Under the pieces are notes generated by a model, which worked only from the letters and a program-made list of their open reading frames with translations, made no database searches and had not been told where the DNA came from. From Acidimicrobiia bacterium (lineage in GTDB: Bacteria; Actinomycetota; Acidimicrobiia; Spongiisociales; ZC4RG35), in the NCBI GenBank assembly GCA_033720975.1, contig JAWWBL010000002.1:1-47514 (forward strand): a DNA stretch of 47,514 nucleotides, written 5' to 3'. Of the stretch, positions 1 to 9,540 are shown piece after piece. Positions within the stretch are counted from its first letter, which is position 1. The number at the start of each line of letters is the position of its first letter. Both the position numbers and the translations under genes were made by a program.

Positions 1-113
1 ACGCTCTCTGCATTGGTGCCGTTGTGTACAGGTAGCGATGGGTGTTTCTCCTAGCTGGTATCCCAGGCGTGTAGCTTCCCAGGGTCTGGAGACTGACTCA
101 GGAGGCCCGTCCA

Positions 114-719
114 TTGCGTTCGGTCGGAATTCTTCTTTCTATTGGACTGACCCTCGGGCTCGCTGCAGCGTGGGTTCCCTCTTTGGGTCCGGTGTGGAAC
201 GAACGTCCACCCACCCAACTACTCCTCATCGCTGACCGAAAGGGGGCCTGGGTGACAGCGACAGCTCTCTTCGCCGGTGGCCTCGTAGTTGCTCTGTTTG
301 GCGTCCTCGCGCTGTGCGGTCTGTTGCAGGATTCGGGCGCCGAGACCACAGCATGGCTCGGCATCGGAGCTTTTGTGGTCGGAACAACCCTCTGGATGGT
401 TCATCTCGGCTACCGCATGACCGTCATGACCTCAGTCGCCGCAGAGATGAAGGCCGGAGCGTCGATGCCGGACTGGTTCCTGCTCAGTTGGAATCTAGGT
501 AACTACCTACTCGTTGCCTACGTCGCACTCGCCACTGTGGGTCTGATAGCAATCGCTTTAGGTCTACTTCAGACAGGACTGCTACCCGACTGGACGGCTT
601 GGACCACCATCGGTCTAGGAGCGCTCTTCATCGCGACTTTGATCATCTTCCGGAACACGATGCCGGTGCTCCCTCATCTCGCCACAGGGCTAATCGGAGT
701 GGTCGCTCTCTTCCAATAG
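114..719 (+). CDS. Multi-pass integral membrane protein, function unknown
   Basis: 201-aa ORF with TTG start at 114 preceded by GGAGG at 101-105. Hydrophobic segments run throughout; no catalytic motif recognised. Confidence 0.55.
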   Translation: MRSVGILLSIGLTLGLAAAWVPSLGPVWNERPPTQLLLIADRKGAWVTATALFAGGLVVALFGVLALCGLLQDSGAETTAWLGIGAFVVGTTLWMVHLGYRMTVMTSVAAEMKAGASMPDWFLLSWNLGNYLLVAYVALATVGLIAIALGLLQTGLLPDWTAWTTIGLGALFIATLIIFRNTMPVLPHLATGLIGVVALFQ

Positions 720-863
720 CAATCGAGCACACTTCAACAGTGAGTCGCCGATTCCACAGCAGCTCCATAACTGGCAGTGTGCACCGCCTGACTAGGACGA
801 ATCCGGGTGTTAGACGCCTCGTCTGTCGGACCCGGTCATGGGCCTTGAGACGCCCCAGCCCGG

Positions 864-1631
864 CTACTTTCGGAGGAGCCCGTCGAGTCGCCGGCTGGCG
901 ATCACAGCCCCGATCAGCCCCATCACGAGGAGGAACGCCGCGTGGCCCCACATCGTGACATCGGGCAAGCCGAGCGTGAAACCTCTGATCAATTCGGTGC
1001 CGTGGTACAGCGGCGAGATCCGGGCGACCTGTTGGATGGCCGGGGGGTAGACACTCAACGGGTAGAACGTGCCTGAGAACAGGAAAAGGGGCATGGTCAC
1101 CAGTGCGACCAGGTCGAAGTCCTGCCACGATCTCATGAAGGTGCAGGCGGCCAGCCCAACCGCTCCGAAGGCAAAGCCGACAAGAAAGGCGGCGGGGATG
1201 GCGAGGAGGGCCATGCCTGAGCTGGTCAAGCCCATGGCGAACATGACACCGACGAACGCCGTCGAGTAGAGGAGACCCCGAAGGAGCGCCCATCCAATCT
1301 CGCCGATGGCGATGTCCATGGGCTGCATCGGGGTCGTCAGGATCCCCTCGTACGTGTTCCCGAATCTGAGCTTGAAGAAGATGTTGAAGGTGGTCTCCGT
1401 GACGGCCCCGTTCATCGCAGAAGCTGCCATGAGGGCAGGCGCTACGAAAGCGGTGTACGAGACCGGCTCTCCTCCGGGCCCGGAAACCTCTCCGATCATC
1501 GCTCCCAGGCCGATCCCGATAGAGAAGAGATAGAAGACAGGCTCGAAGAAGCCAGAGAACACAACCTTCCAAAGACGGCGGTATACCCGGTAGTTCCGCT
1601 CCCAGATCCGATGGGCCCGGAAGTGGCTCAT
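864..1631 (-). CDS. ABC-2 type transporter permease
   Basis: C-terminal 255 aa of ORF 864..2192. Start moved to the ATG at 1629-1631 (MSHFRAHRIWERNYRVYRRLWK...), a typical ABC-2/NodJ-like N-terminus followed by six hydrophobic segments. The longer ORF would overlap the upstream permease gene. Confidence 0.75.
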   Translation of the reverse strand: MSHFRAHRIWERNYRVYRRLWKVVFSGFFEPVFYLFSIGIGLGAMIGEVSGPGGEPVSYTAFVAPALMAASAMNGAVTETTFNIFFKLRFGNTYEGILTTPMQPMDIAIGEIGWALLRGLLYSTAFVGVMFAMGLTSSGMALLAIPAAFLVGFAFGAVGLAACTFMRSWQDFDLVALVTMPLFLFSGTFYPLSVYPPAIQQVARISPLYHGTELIRGFTLGLPDVTMWGHAAFLLVMGLIGAVIASRRLDGLLRK

Positions 1632-1669
1632 CCTCCCCAGGGGCGTTATCCGGGTCGGGGCTGAAACGC

Positions 1670-2458
1670 TCACGGCCTGATTCTCTTGTCGAGGAGTCGG
1701 TTGAACAGATAGAGGCCGACCGCAGCCATCACGACGAGGTACGTGAGATGGAGCCAGAGCGGGAGGGAGGTGACTAGCGGGGCTTCGGCTCCAGGGATCG
1801 CGATCTTCCTGGCCAACTCGACCCCGTGGAACAAGGGCGTCGCCAGCGCGACCGGCTCCAGGAAGTCGGGGAGCTGGCTGATCGGGAAGAAGGTGCCGGA
1901 GAAGAGGAACAGCGGCACGATCCCAAATCGGAACAGGGTGGAGAAGCTCGTACCGTCTCTTCGGGTCGTGGTCCACGCCGACACGCAGGTGTTGAACGCC
2001 AACCCGCAGAGAACCGATGGTGGCACCGCCAGCAGAGCAGGCCCGAGCTCCATCGCACCGAACGCCACGCCTATCAGTGCGAACAGCGTGATGATGAAGG
2101 TGAGGCGAATCGTGGTCCACATGAAGCGCCCCACGACGATGTCTCGAGTCTGGATCGGGGTGGTGAGCATCCCCTGGAAGTGCTTTCGCCACAAGAAGCC
2201 AGCCATGACCGGGAACGACCCGTCACTGGCTCCGTTCTGCATACCAGAGGCAGCCATCAGACCCGTAGCTACGAAGGCGAGGTAGGGGATACCGAGGTCG
2301 GCGTCACCGCGATCGACTAGAGCGCCGAGGCTGGCTCCCATCGCTGCCAGAAAGAGGACGGGGTTGACGATCGAGCTGATGACGGTCCCCCGCCAAGTCC
2401 GCTTGTACCAGATCAGCTCTGACTCGACGATCCGCAGCGGGCTGGTGAACGTTGTCAT
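1670..2458 (-). CDS. ABC-2 type transporter permease (second permease subunit)
   Basis: 262-aa ORF, paralogous in layout to 864..1631 (ELIWYKRTWRG..., multiple TM segments). Its start overlaps the stop of the ATPase gene by 1 nt. Confidence 0.8.
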   Translation of the reverse strand: MTTFTSPLRIVESELIWYKRTWRGTVISSIVNPVLFLAAMGASLGALVDRGDADLGIPYLAFVATGLMAASGMQNGASDGSFPVMAGFLWRKHFQGMLTTPIQTRDIVVGRFMWTTIRLTFIITLFALIGVAFGAMELGPALLAVPPSVLCGLAFNTCVSAWTTTRRDGTSFSTLFRFGIVPLFLFSGTFFPISQLPDFLEPVALATPLFHGVELARKIAIPGAEAPLVTSLPLWLHLTYLVVMAAVGLYLFNRLLDKRIRP

Positions 2459-3384
2459 CAGTCGATCAGGCTCCGCCCGGTTAGGCGCAGGAACACATCT
2501 TCGAGGGAAGAGCGTCGCACCAGGATCTGCTCGGGGAACACCCCGCGCTCATGGAGAGCGATCTGGGTGTCGTCGGCGTTGTCCGTGTAGAGGAGCACCC
2601 GGTCCGCCAGCACCTCGGAGCGTGCCGCCACACCGTCGATCTTCATGACGGCTTGATCCTTGTCGTCGTCGGCGAACCTCAGCTCGAGGACTTCCCGGGG
2701 GGCGTACTGCTCGATGAGCCCCCGTGGTGAGCCCTCGGCGACGATCTTCCCCTTGTCCATGACCACCAGGCGGTCACAGAGCTGCTCTGCCTCGTCCATG
2801 TAATGGGTGGTGATGATCAAGGTGGCCCCTTCTTGCTTGAGGCGGTAGAGGCGATCCCAAAGCAGGTGGCGGGCCTGAGGGTCGAGACCTGTCGTCGGCT
2901 CGTCGAGTATCACCAGGTCCGGCTCGTTGATCAGCGATCGAGCGATGGTCAAGCGACGTTTCATACCACCGGACAGGGGCTCGACCCGCGAGTCCTTGCG
3001 GTCGGAGAGCTGCGCGAACTCGAGCAGCTCCTCGATCCTCGGGTTGATCTCCGAGCGACTCATGTCGTGATAGCGCCCGTACACGTAGAGGTTCTCGGAG
3101 ACGGTCAGCTCCTGATCGAGGTTGTCCTCCTGGGGCACGACGCCGATGCGCCGTCGGATGTCACGCCCTTGCGCCGCTGGGTCCAGGCCGAAAACGGTGA
3201 GTTTGCCGTCGGTGATGGGGCTGACCGTGGTGATCATCTTCATCGTCGATGTCTTGCCGGCGCCGTTGGGTCCGAGGAACCCGAACGCTTCGCCTTTGTG
3301 GATGTCGAAGTCGACGGCGTCGACCGCGGTGAAGTCACCGAACTTCTTGGTGAGGCCCCGAGCCTCTACGAGGGTTTCGGACAT
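2458..3384 (-). CDS. ABC transporter ATP-binding protein (DrrA/NodI-like exporter ATPase)
   Basis: Walker A GPNGAGKT, ABC signature LSGGMKRR, Walker B LVILDEPTTGLD and H-loop TTHYMDE. First gene of an ATPase-permease-permease operon. Confidence 0.9.
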   Translation of the reverse strand: MSETLVEARGLTKKFGDFTAVDAVDFDIHKGEAFGFLGPNGAGKTSTMKMITTVSPITDGKLTVFGLDPAAQGRDIRRRIGVVPQEDNLDQELTVSENLYVYGRYHDMSRSEINPRIEELLEFAQLSDRKDSRVEPLSGGMKRRLTIARSLINEPDLVILDEPTTGLDPQARHLLWDRLYRLKQEGATLIITTHYMDEAEQLCDRLVVMDKGKIVAEGSPRGLIEQYAPREVLELRFADDDKDQAVMKIDGVAARSEVLADRVLLYTDNADDTQIALHERGVFPEQILVRRSSLEDVFLRLTGRSLID

Positions 3385-3429
3385 GAGCCGGGTGAGGGTA
3401 CCTCCACGGCCGCGCCTATCGGCTGTTGC

Positions 3430-3924
3430 TCAGATCCGATCGTTCCGAATGACTTCCTCTCGCGACTTTCGCCCGCCGAATCGGGCCGGCTTGGCGCCCT
3501 CGGCCGGGTACCCGAGCGCCACGGCGTACCGCACACGCGCTCCGTCGACGGCACCCACGAATTCCTTGGCACCCTCCTCGCGGTGGAGGGTGATGGGGCA
3601 AGAGGCAACCCCAATCGCCTTGGCCGCCAGCATGATGTTCTGGGCGGCGCGTCCGATATCGAACATGTTGCCCCCTTCCTCCTGAACGAGTACGACCGTG
3701 GCCGCCGACCTGAGCACCGGACTGGTGAAATCGCCATGTTTGGCCAGCTCGCGGAGGCGGGACGGATCGTTCACGATGACGAAGGCCCAGTCCTGGCGGT
3801 TCTTCGAGCTGCCCGTCCATCGGGCGGCCTCGAGTATCGCGGAGAGGTCCTCGTCGGAGAGTGGTTCGGGCTTGTACTCGCGTATCGCCCTCAGCCCGAG
3901 GATGAAGTCGTAAACGGAACTCAT
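3430..3924 (-). CDS. Nitroreductase family protein
   Basis: 164 aa from internal ATG 3922-3924 (MSSVYDFILGLRAIREYKPEPLSDEDLSAILEAARWTGSSKNRQ...), the typical nitroreductase N-terminal signature. The longer ORF start at 3993 would overlap deoD. Confidence 0.75.
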   Translation of the reverse strand: MSSVYDFILGLRAIREYKPEPLSDEDLSAILEAARWTGSSKNRQDWAFVIVNDPSRLRELAKHGDFTSPVLRSAATVVLVQEEGGNMFDIGRAAQNIMLAAKAIGVASCPITLHREEGAKEFVGAVDGARVRYAVALGYPAEGAKPARFGGRKSREEVIRNDRI

Positions 3925-3978
3925 GGTGGCAAGGGTATGCCGCTGTCTATCTTGTGACTCCCCGATAGAGGGAGACAC

Positions 3979-4698
3979 ATGCCGACACCTCACATATCTT
4001 CAGACAAGGGGGCGTTTGCCCCTTCGATCCTCCTCCCGGGCGACCCGTTGCGGGCGAAGCACATCGCCGAGAATTTTCTCGACGATGTCACCGAGGTGAA
4101 TGCGGTGCGCAACATGCTCGGCTACACCGGGAGCCATCAGGGTGTTCCCATATCGGTGATGGGAACCGGTATGGGCATCCCATCGGCCTCCATTTACGCG
4201 GCCGAGCTCGTGACCGAATACGACGTGGAGAAGTTGATCCGGGTCGGCTCAGCCGGCGGGATTCTCGACTCTGTGAAGATCCGCGATGTGATACTCGCCA
4301 TCGGCGCTTGCACCGACTCGGGCGTGAATCGAGTGAGGTACGGCGGCTTGGACTTCGCAGCTGTGGCCGATTACTGGCTGCTCAAGGCGGCCGAGGAGGC
4401 CGCCACGGCGAGGGGCACCGATGTGACGATCGGCAACGTCCACTCGGCCGACCTGTTCTACACGCCTGATCCAGACGCATTTACACGGATGAGGGACATG
4501 GGGGTGTTGGCAGTCGAGATGGAAGCAGCCGGCCTCTACGGAGTCGCCGCGGAGAAGGGGGTTAGGGCCCTGACCATCTGCACCGTTTCTGATCATGTGT
4601 TCACCGGCGAGTCCACCAGTTCCGACGAACGCGAGCAGACCTTCAACGAGATGGTCGAGATCGCCCTGGCGGCCGTTCTGATCGATTCACAGCGCTGA
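3979..4698 (+). CDS. deoD: Purine nucleoside phosphorylase, DeoD type
   Basis: 239 aa with hexameric PNP signatures: [45 protein letters not shown]. Confidence 0.85.
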   Translation: MPTPHISSDKGAFAPSILLPGDPLRAKHIAENFLDDVTEVNAVRNMLGYTGSHQGVPISVMGTGMGIPSASIYAAELVTEYDVEKLIRVGSAGGILDSVKIRDVILAIGACTDSGVNRVRYGGLDFAAVADYWLLKAAEEAATARGTDVTIGNVHSADLFYTPDPDAFTRMRDMGVLAVEMEAAGLYGVAAEKGVRALTICTVSDHVFTGESTSSDEREQTFNEMVEIALAAVLIDSQR

Positions 4699-4705
4699 TC
4701 CTGGG

Positions 4706-5392
4706 ATGGCAGAGGTCGACCGGAGCATCGTCAGACGCGCCATCTTTGATTCCCTGCCGCTGTTCGCCCCTGCCATACCGTTTGCGTTCGTCATCGGCCT
4801 GACGATCGTCGAGACGGGATTCCCCAGGTTGCTGGGCTGGTCTACGGCCCCCATCATCTTTGGGGGCTCCGCACAACTGGTGCTCATTTCGCTTCTGGGA
4901 GGCGGTACCGCGGCTGTAGCAGCCATAACGGCAGGTCTTGTGGTCAATGCCCGGCACATCATGTACTCGGCCGCACTGGCACCCACATTCCAATCCCAAC
5001 CCCGCTGGATGAGATGGCTCGCACCGTATTTGCTCATCGACCAGATATTCGCTTTGGCGTCCCTCCGGTCTGACGACGACCCGGCCAGTTTCAGAACCTA
5101 TTACTTGGCCTGTGCTGCCACCTTCTGGCCGCTATGGCTGAGCTTCGTGGCAATCGGCCTGTTCATCGGACCCGTCGTACCGGTCGAGTGGAATCTCGGC
5201 TTTGCGGTCCCGATCCTGTTCCTCGGCTTGGTGGTCATGGGGATAGACAAGTACCCCAAGCTCGTCGCCGCGCTGGTCGGCGCTGGGGTGACATTCGTCG
5301 CAGCAGGGATGCCTCACCGGACCGGTCTGCTGGTGGGAGCATTGGCCGGAATCGCCGCCGGAACCGTTGCCGAGAAGCTGAGAGAGTCATGA
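4706..5392 (+). CDS. azlC: AzlC family branched-chain amino acid exporter subunit
   Basis: 228-aa multi-TM protein with AzlC-like layout, translationally coupled (ATGA) to a small AzlD-like gene. Confidence 0.65.
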   Translation: MAEVDRSIVRRAIFDSLPLFAPAIPFAFVIGLTIVETGFPRLLGWSTAPIIFGGSAQLVLISLLGGGTAAVAAITAGLVVNARHIMYSAALAPTFQSQPRWMRWLAPYLLIDQIFALASLRSDDDPASFRTYYLACAATFWPLWLSFVAIGLFIGPVVPVEWNLGFAVPILFLGLVVMGIDKYPKLVAALVGAGVTFVAAGMPHRTGLLVGALAGIAAGTVAEKLRES

Positions 5393-5703
5393 CCGAGTTG
5401 GCAGCGGTGCTCATCGTGGGAATTGGGACATACTTCAGCCGATCGGTGTTCATCGTCGCGTTGTCGAACAGAAGCATTCCCCAGTCGGTGATGACCGTGC
5501 TCCAGTTCGTTGCGCCGGCTGTGCTCGCTGCGTTGGTCGTAGCGTTGTTGACTGACGGTGAGACCGGACAGGTTGCTCTGGGAGTCCCCGAGGCATTCGG
5601 CCTAGTGGCGGGCGGCTTCATCTCATATCGGACCCGGAACCACGTCCTCACACTTGCCGTGGGCATGGCCGGTTACTGGCTGGTGCGAGCCGTCCTCGCA
5701 TAG
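5389..5703 (+). CDS. azlD: AzlD family small membrane protein
   Basis: 104 aa from ATG 5389 (MTELAAVLIVGIGTYFSRSVFIV...) overlapping the azlC stop. Four hydrophobic segments, the usual AzlC partner. Confidence 0.6.
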   Translation: MTELAAVLIVGIGTYFSRSVFIVALSNRSIPQSVMTVLQFVAPAVLAALVVALLTDGETGQVALGVPEAFGLVAGGFISYRTRNHVLTLAVGMAGYWLVRAVLA

Positions 5704-5715
5704 GCTTGTTGAATG

Positions 5716-5746
5716 GAGAAGGGGCCCACACTGGGGGCCCCTTCTC
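5716..5746. terminator. Bidirectional terminator-like hairpin between convergent azlD and permease genes
   Basis: Perfect 12-bp stem GAGAAGGGGCCC (5716-5727) / GGGCCCCTTCTC (5735-5746) with a 7-nt loop, in the 62-bp convergent gap. No strong T-tract. Confidence 0.55.
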
Positions 5747-5765
5747 GATTCGTGGATCGTGTCGT

Positions 5766-7160
5766 TTAACCGAACAGTTGGTCGATCCAGCCTGCTTCCA
5801 GGGCCACGATGAGTATCGACAGCACCCAAAGGACGGGATGGATCTCCCTTATCTTCCCGCTGATCGCCATCAGCACCGTGTGGGCGACGAGCGCCAGGCT
5901 GATGCCAAAGGTGATCGAGTAGGTGAAGGGCATGCCCACGATGGCGATGAAAGCCGGAATCGACTTGCGGTAGTCGCTCCAGTCGATCTTGCTCGCCCCC
6001 GTCATCATCATGGCGCCGATGATGATCAGCGCCGCTGATGTGGCCACGGTCGGTATGGACTGCGCCAGTGGCGAAGCCAGCATGCCGAGCAGGAACAGGA
6101 CCGCCACTACGAGCGATGTCAGCCCGGTCTTGCCACCCTCTTCGACACCGGCCGCCGACTCGATGTAGGTCGTGGTGCTCGATGTCCCGAGGAATGCACC
6201 GACGGCAGTCGCCGTCCCGTCTGTTGCGAAGGCCGCGCGTGGCGCCTCGATGTTTCCCTCTTCGTCGAGCATTCCGGCCTTTTCGGTCAGGCCGATCAAC
6301 GTTCCCGCCGTATCGAAGAAGTCGACGAACAGAAACGTGAATATCACGGCCACCACTCCGAGCCCCAGCGCTGCACCGAGGTCCATGGCACCAATCAGGT
6401 CGGTCGGCGAGGTGAACCCGACGATGCTGCCGGAGATACCGGCGAACTTCTCGAGGCTCTCCCCTCCATAGTTGTAGGCGTCGAGGCCGAGAACGATCAC
6501 CACCACGGTGATGGCGAGGATGCCGATCAAGATCGCACCCTTGACCCTCTTGGCCAGCAGCGCCCCGGTCACGACCAGTCCACCGAGGGCTACCCATGGA
6601 AGCGGTGAGGTGAAGTCACCGACCTGGACAAAGGTCGCCGCTGAGTCCTGGAGGAACCCCGCTCCAACGAAGCCGATGATCGCCAGGAATGCCCCGATCC
6701 CGGCGGTTATGGCGTGCTTGAGGTGAAGCGGTATCGAGTTGAGGATCCACTCCCGGAGCCCGGTCAATGCGATGATCGCAAAGAGGATGCCCGAGAAGAA
6801 GACCGCGCCAAGCGCAGTCTGCCACGGGATACCCAGCGTCAGGACGACGGTGAACGTGAAGTAGGCGTTAAGTCCCATTCCCGGTGCCAGAGCAAATGGC
6901 AGCTTTGCCCACAGCGCCATCAGCAGCGTCCCGAAGGCGGCGGCGAGAGCCGTGACCGTCAGGAGCTGAGGGAACGCCCCATCGAAGTCGATCGCATTCG
7001 AGAGGATCGCCGGGTTGACGAAGATGATGTAGGCCATCGCCAGGAATGTGGTGATGCCCGCCCTGATCTCCGTCCCGACGTCCGAGCCCCGCTCCGTGAT
7101 GTGGAAGTAGCGATCGAGCCCGCTTGTGCCGACCTGAGCGGTCGGCGTTTCAGTAGCCAT
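5766..7160 (-). CDS. NCS2 family nucleobase permease (AzgA/PbuG-type adenine/guanine/hypoxanthine transporter)
   Basis: 464 aa with N-terminal LDRYFHITERGSDVGTEIRAGITTFLAMAYIIFVNP, characteristic of AzgA-type purine permeases. Multi-TM; lies near deoD. Confidence 0.85.
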   Translation of the reverse strand: MATETPTAQVGTSGLDRYFHITERGSDVGTEIRAGITTFLAMAYIIFVNPAILSNAIDFDGAFPQLLTVTALAAAFGTLLMALWAKLPFALAPGMGLNAYFTFTVVLTLGIPWQTALGAVFFSGILFAIIALTGLREWILNSIPLHLKHAITAGIGAFLAIIGFVGAGFLQDSAATFVQVGDFTSPLPWVALGGLVVTGALLAKRVKGAILIGILAITVVVIVLGLDAYNYGGESLEKFAGISGSIVGFTSPTDLIGAMDLGAALGLGVVAVIFTFLFVDFFDTAGTLIGLTEKAGMLDEEGNIEAPRAAFATDGTATAVGAFLGTSSTTTYIESAAGVEEGGKTGLTSLVVAVLFLLGMLASPLAQSIPTVATSAALIIIGAMMMTGASKIDWSDYRKSIPAFIAIVGMPFTYSITFGISLALVAHTVLMAISGKIREIHPVLWVLSILIVALEAGWIDQLFG

Positions 7161-7284
7161 TCGAGATAACTCCTCCCTGTCGATGGCAACGGTGAAAATA
7201 TCCGCTCGGAATCAACGCTGTCGCCCGGAGCCGATGTTTCTCCGCGTTGTTGAGACTCGACTCCCGCTGATAGCGTTACCAACG

Positions 7285-7932
7285 ATGTCCGACTGTTGCG
7301 ATCCCGTCCCTTACCGACGCCTGTTCAACAGCAAAGAGGCGGACCGTGTTCTGAAGAGGTATCGCAAGAAGCCGCTCAAACCGATGACGTCAGGGTTGGT
7401 CGAATTTCTCGAGTCGGAGGGCATCCAGGGGCTGGAACTCTTGGAGGTTGGGGGTGGAATCGGTTGGTTCCAGATCGAGCTCCTCAAGAGGGGAGTGGCC
7501 AGCGCGGTCAATGTCGAGCTGTCGTCGGGATATGACGAGGTGGCGGCGGCGCTGGCGGCCGAAGAAGGGGTATCGGACCGGATCGAGCGCCGCGTCGGCG
7601 ACTTCGTCGAGATCCAGTCCGCCGTGTCCCCGGCAGACATCGTGCTGGCCAACGCGGTGATCTGCTGCTACCCGTTCATGGAGAGGATGATGTCCGCCTT
7701 GGTGTCAAAGACGGGAAGGTATTTGGTTCTTGTTTTTCCCCGTGAGAGATGGTGGGTCAAGGCGGCGCTGAGACTCGGCGAGCTATGGCTCCGGCTCAGG
7801 GGATGTGGATTTCGCGCGTTTGTTCATCCGGTCGAGGACATTGAGCGCATCGCCGACGAAGACGGCCTCCTCGCCCGACACCGCGACAACACCTTCAATT
7901 GGCAGGCAGTCATCTGGGAGCGAGCCGCTTAG
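7285..7932 (+). CDS. Class I SAM-dependent methyltransferase
   Basis: 215 aa from ATG 7285 (MSDCCDPVPY...) with SAM motif I LLEVGGGIGWF. The upstream part of ORF 7183..7932 lies in the divergent promoter region. Confidence 0.65.
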   Translation: MSDCCDPVPYRRLFNSKEADRVLKRYRKKPLKPMTSGLVEFLESEGIQGLELLEVGGGIGWFQIELLKRGVASAVNVELSSGYDEVAAALAAEEGVSDRIERRVGDFVEIQSAVSPADIVLANAVICCYPFMERMMSALVSKTGRYLVLVFPRERWWVKAALRLGELWLRLRGCGFRAFVHPVEDIERIADEDGLLARHRDNTFNWQAVIWERAA

Positions 7933-8010
7933 TCTGACCCTCCGAAGAGGGCGGGTGAGGCCGGACACATTCGAAATGCCCGGCCCGTGGCCCAACCACG
8001 TCTCTTGCGT

Positions 8011-9408
8011 CTACTCCTCGACGATCCAGGCGGTGACCATGCCGAACATGCCGTCATGGCTCTCGACATGCGTGAGGATGTGGCAGTGCCATACCCAGAC
8101 ACCGGGATCGGTGAGCTGGAAGAGAACCGAGTACCGCTCTCCGGGGGCCACGTTGACAGTGTCGGCGAAGTACGGGTAGTCGAGGGGTATCCCGTCCTTG
8201 GCAAACACGAGCTGGGGGAACTGATGCTGATGCATCGGGTGGATCTGGAGGCCCTCGTTGTAGTAATGGACCACCACCCAGTCCCCAACGTTGCCGACGT
8301 AGGGCTCCGTCGCCGGGAAGGACTTGCCGTTGAGGCTGAGCCCGATCACTCCGGCGTCGTTGAGCACCATCGGGATCTCATGGTCGATTTCGAGATCCTC
8401 CGGGATCTCGATTCCTGAGATCACCTGGCCGCGGGGCAGGGGAGTGTCACCGATGATGAAAGAGCCGAACATGCCGTTGGGCACCTGCATTTGGGCGTGG
8501 TGATGGGCGTGGTACATGCCAATGGCCGGTCGTGTAGCCGTGAACTCGTAGACGAATGTCTCCCCGGACCGGATCAGGTCCTGGGTGATAGGCGCGACTC
8601 CATCCATGCTGTTGGGCGTGGCGATGCCATGCCAGTGAACGTCGGTTCCCATTGGTAGCTCGTTGTGGACGATCACTCTCACGTGGTCGCCAACGTCGAT
8701 TCGGATCTGCGGTCCCGGCACCATTCCGTTGTAGCTCCAGGCGTCAACGATCTTGCCGGGCTCCACCTCCCACGGTGTGATCGCAGCCGTGAGCTCAAAC
8801 TCGAGAGTCCCGTCCTCCAGGACAGCGGGCTCCAGGGGCTGGTTGCCCTTACCCTCCGTGGCCGCTGGGAACTCCAGCATCGACTCCATCATCACGGCAT
8901 CGAGCTCCTCGTAGTCGATCTCGTGGTCGTCTCCGTGATCGCCTCCCGTCTCACCGGCATCCTCCGAAACGACCAAGCGAGCTTCCATCCCGGCCTCCCG
9001 ATGGCCGGCGATGTTGCAGATGATCGTGTACGTCCCCGGTGCCAGGGCGCCGACGTCGAAGACGGCGGACTCGCCGGTGGTCAGGTCGGGAGACACCGAG
9101 CCGCCAACCAACTCGAGGTTGTGAATCACAGCTCCGGCGTTGTGGACCTCGAACCGAGTCTCGCCGGGCCTGATGTCCAGGTCACCTGTGATGGCGAACT
9201 CCGACAGCTCGAAATGGGCGGTTTGGATTTGATCGGGTGGCGGTGAAGCAACTGGATCTCCCGAGTCGCCCGGTCCGGACGGTTCATCCGAGCCTCCCGC
9301 GGCCACTGCGATGACGGCGAGAATCATCGCCCCGGCCGCCATCACTCCAACGAGAAGAAGGAATTTGTCGAACACGCTGCCGCGAGCGTCATTAGTCGGT
9401 TGAGTCAT
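8011..9408 (-). CDS. Membrane-anchored cupredoxin fused to a two-domain multicopper oxidase
   Basis: N-terminal TM helix, then a type-1 copper domain (HNLE...CNIAGHREAGM), then MCO copper motifs HWHG, HAHHH, HPMHQH and HCHILTHVESHDGM. Confidence 0.8.
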   Translation of the reverse strand: MTQPTNDARGSVFDKFLLLVGVMAAGAMILAVIAVAAGGSDEPSGPGDSGDPVASPPPDQIQTAHFELSEFAITGDLDIRPGETRFEVHNAGAVIHNLELVGGSVSPDLTTGESAVFDVGALAPGTYTIICNIAGHREAGMEARLVVSEDAGETGGDHGDDHEIDYEELDAVMMESMLEFPAATEGKGNQPLEPAVLEDGTLEFELTAAITPWEVEPGKIVDAWSYNGMVPGPQIRIDVGDHVRVIVHNELPMGTDVHWHGIATPNSMDGVAPITQDLIRSGETFVYEFTATRPAIGMYHAHHHAQMQVPNGMFGSFIIGDTPLPRGQVISGIEIPEDLEIDHEIPMVLNDAGVIGLSLNGKSFPATEPYVGNVGDWVVVHYYNEGLQIHPMHQHQFPQLVFAKDGIPLDYPYFADTVNVAPGERYSVLFQLTDPGVWVWHCHILTHVESHDGMFGMVTAWIVEE

Positions 9409-9540
9409 GGACTCGACGGTAGGTAGGGCCTGGCAGCCGGTATTAGGGGCTTAAGGCCTTAAGAACGCGGCACAACTGCCGCTCCCCGGGGGTGGAGGAT
9501 GGCGGCGGGTCAAACCGCCACCCTCATGCGACCAACTGGT

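Noticed and set aside
1632-2192. N-terminal 187-aa extension of the ABC-2 permease ORF (864..2192).
   Set aside because: The extension overlaps the upstream permease gene in another frame and is His/Arg/Pro-rich. The conserved ABC-2 N-terminus begins at the ATG at 1629-1631.
2803-3957. 384-aa ORF on the plus strand.
   Set aside because: It is antisense to the ABC ATPase and nitroreductase genes. It has no motifs, and its composition is typical of shadow ORFs in G+C-rich DNA.
5623-6597. 324-aa minus-strand ORF, with other overlapping ORFs such as 643..1572, 16195..16755 and 44544..45608.
   Set aside because: These are alternative frames or antisense frames of well-supported genes (NCS2 permease, ABC-2 permease, lutB, nuoD). 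The translations are Arg/Pro/Gly-rich with no recognisable domains.
7161-7284. Possible purine riboswitch in the 5' leader of the NCS2 purine permease gene (minus strand).
   Set aside because: Reading the minus-strand leader, I could not find the conserved purine-riboswitch junction and loop sequences (UAUAAU, UUUCUACC, CCGUAAAU-like). The region is more simply a divergent promoter region shared with the methyltransferase gene.
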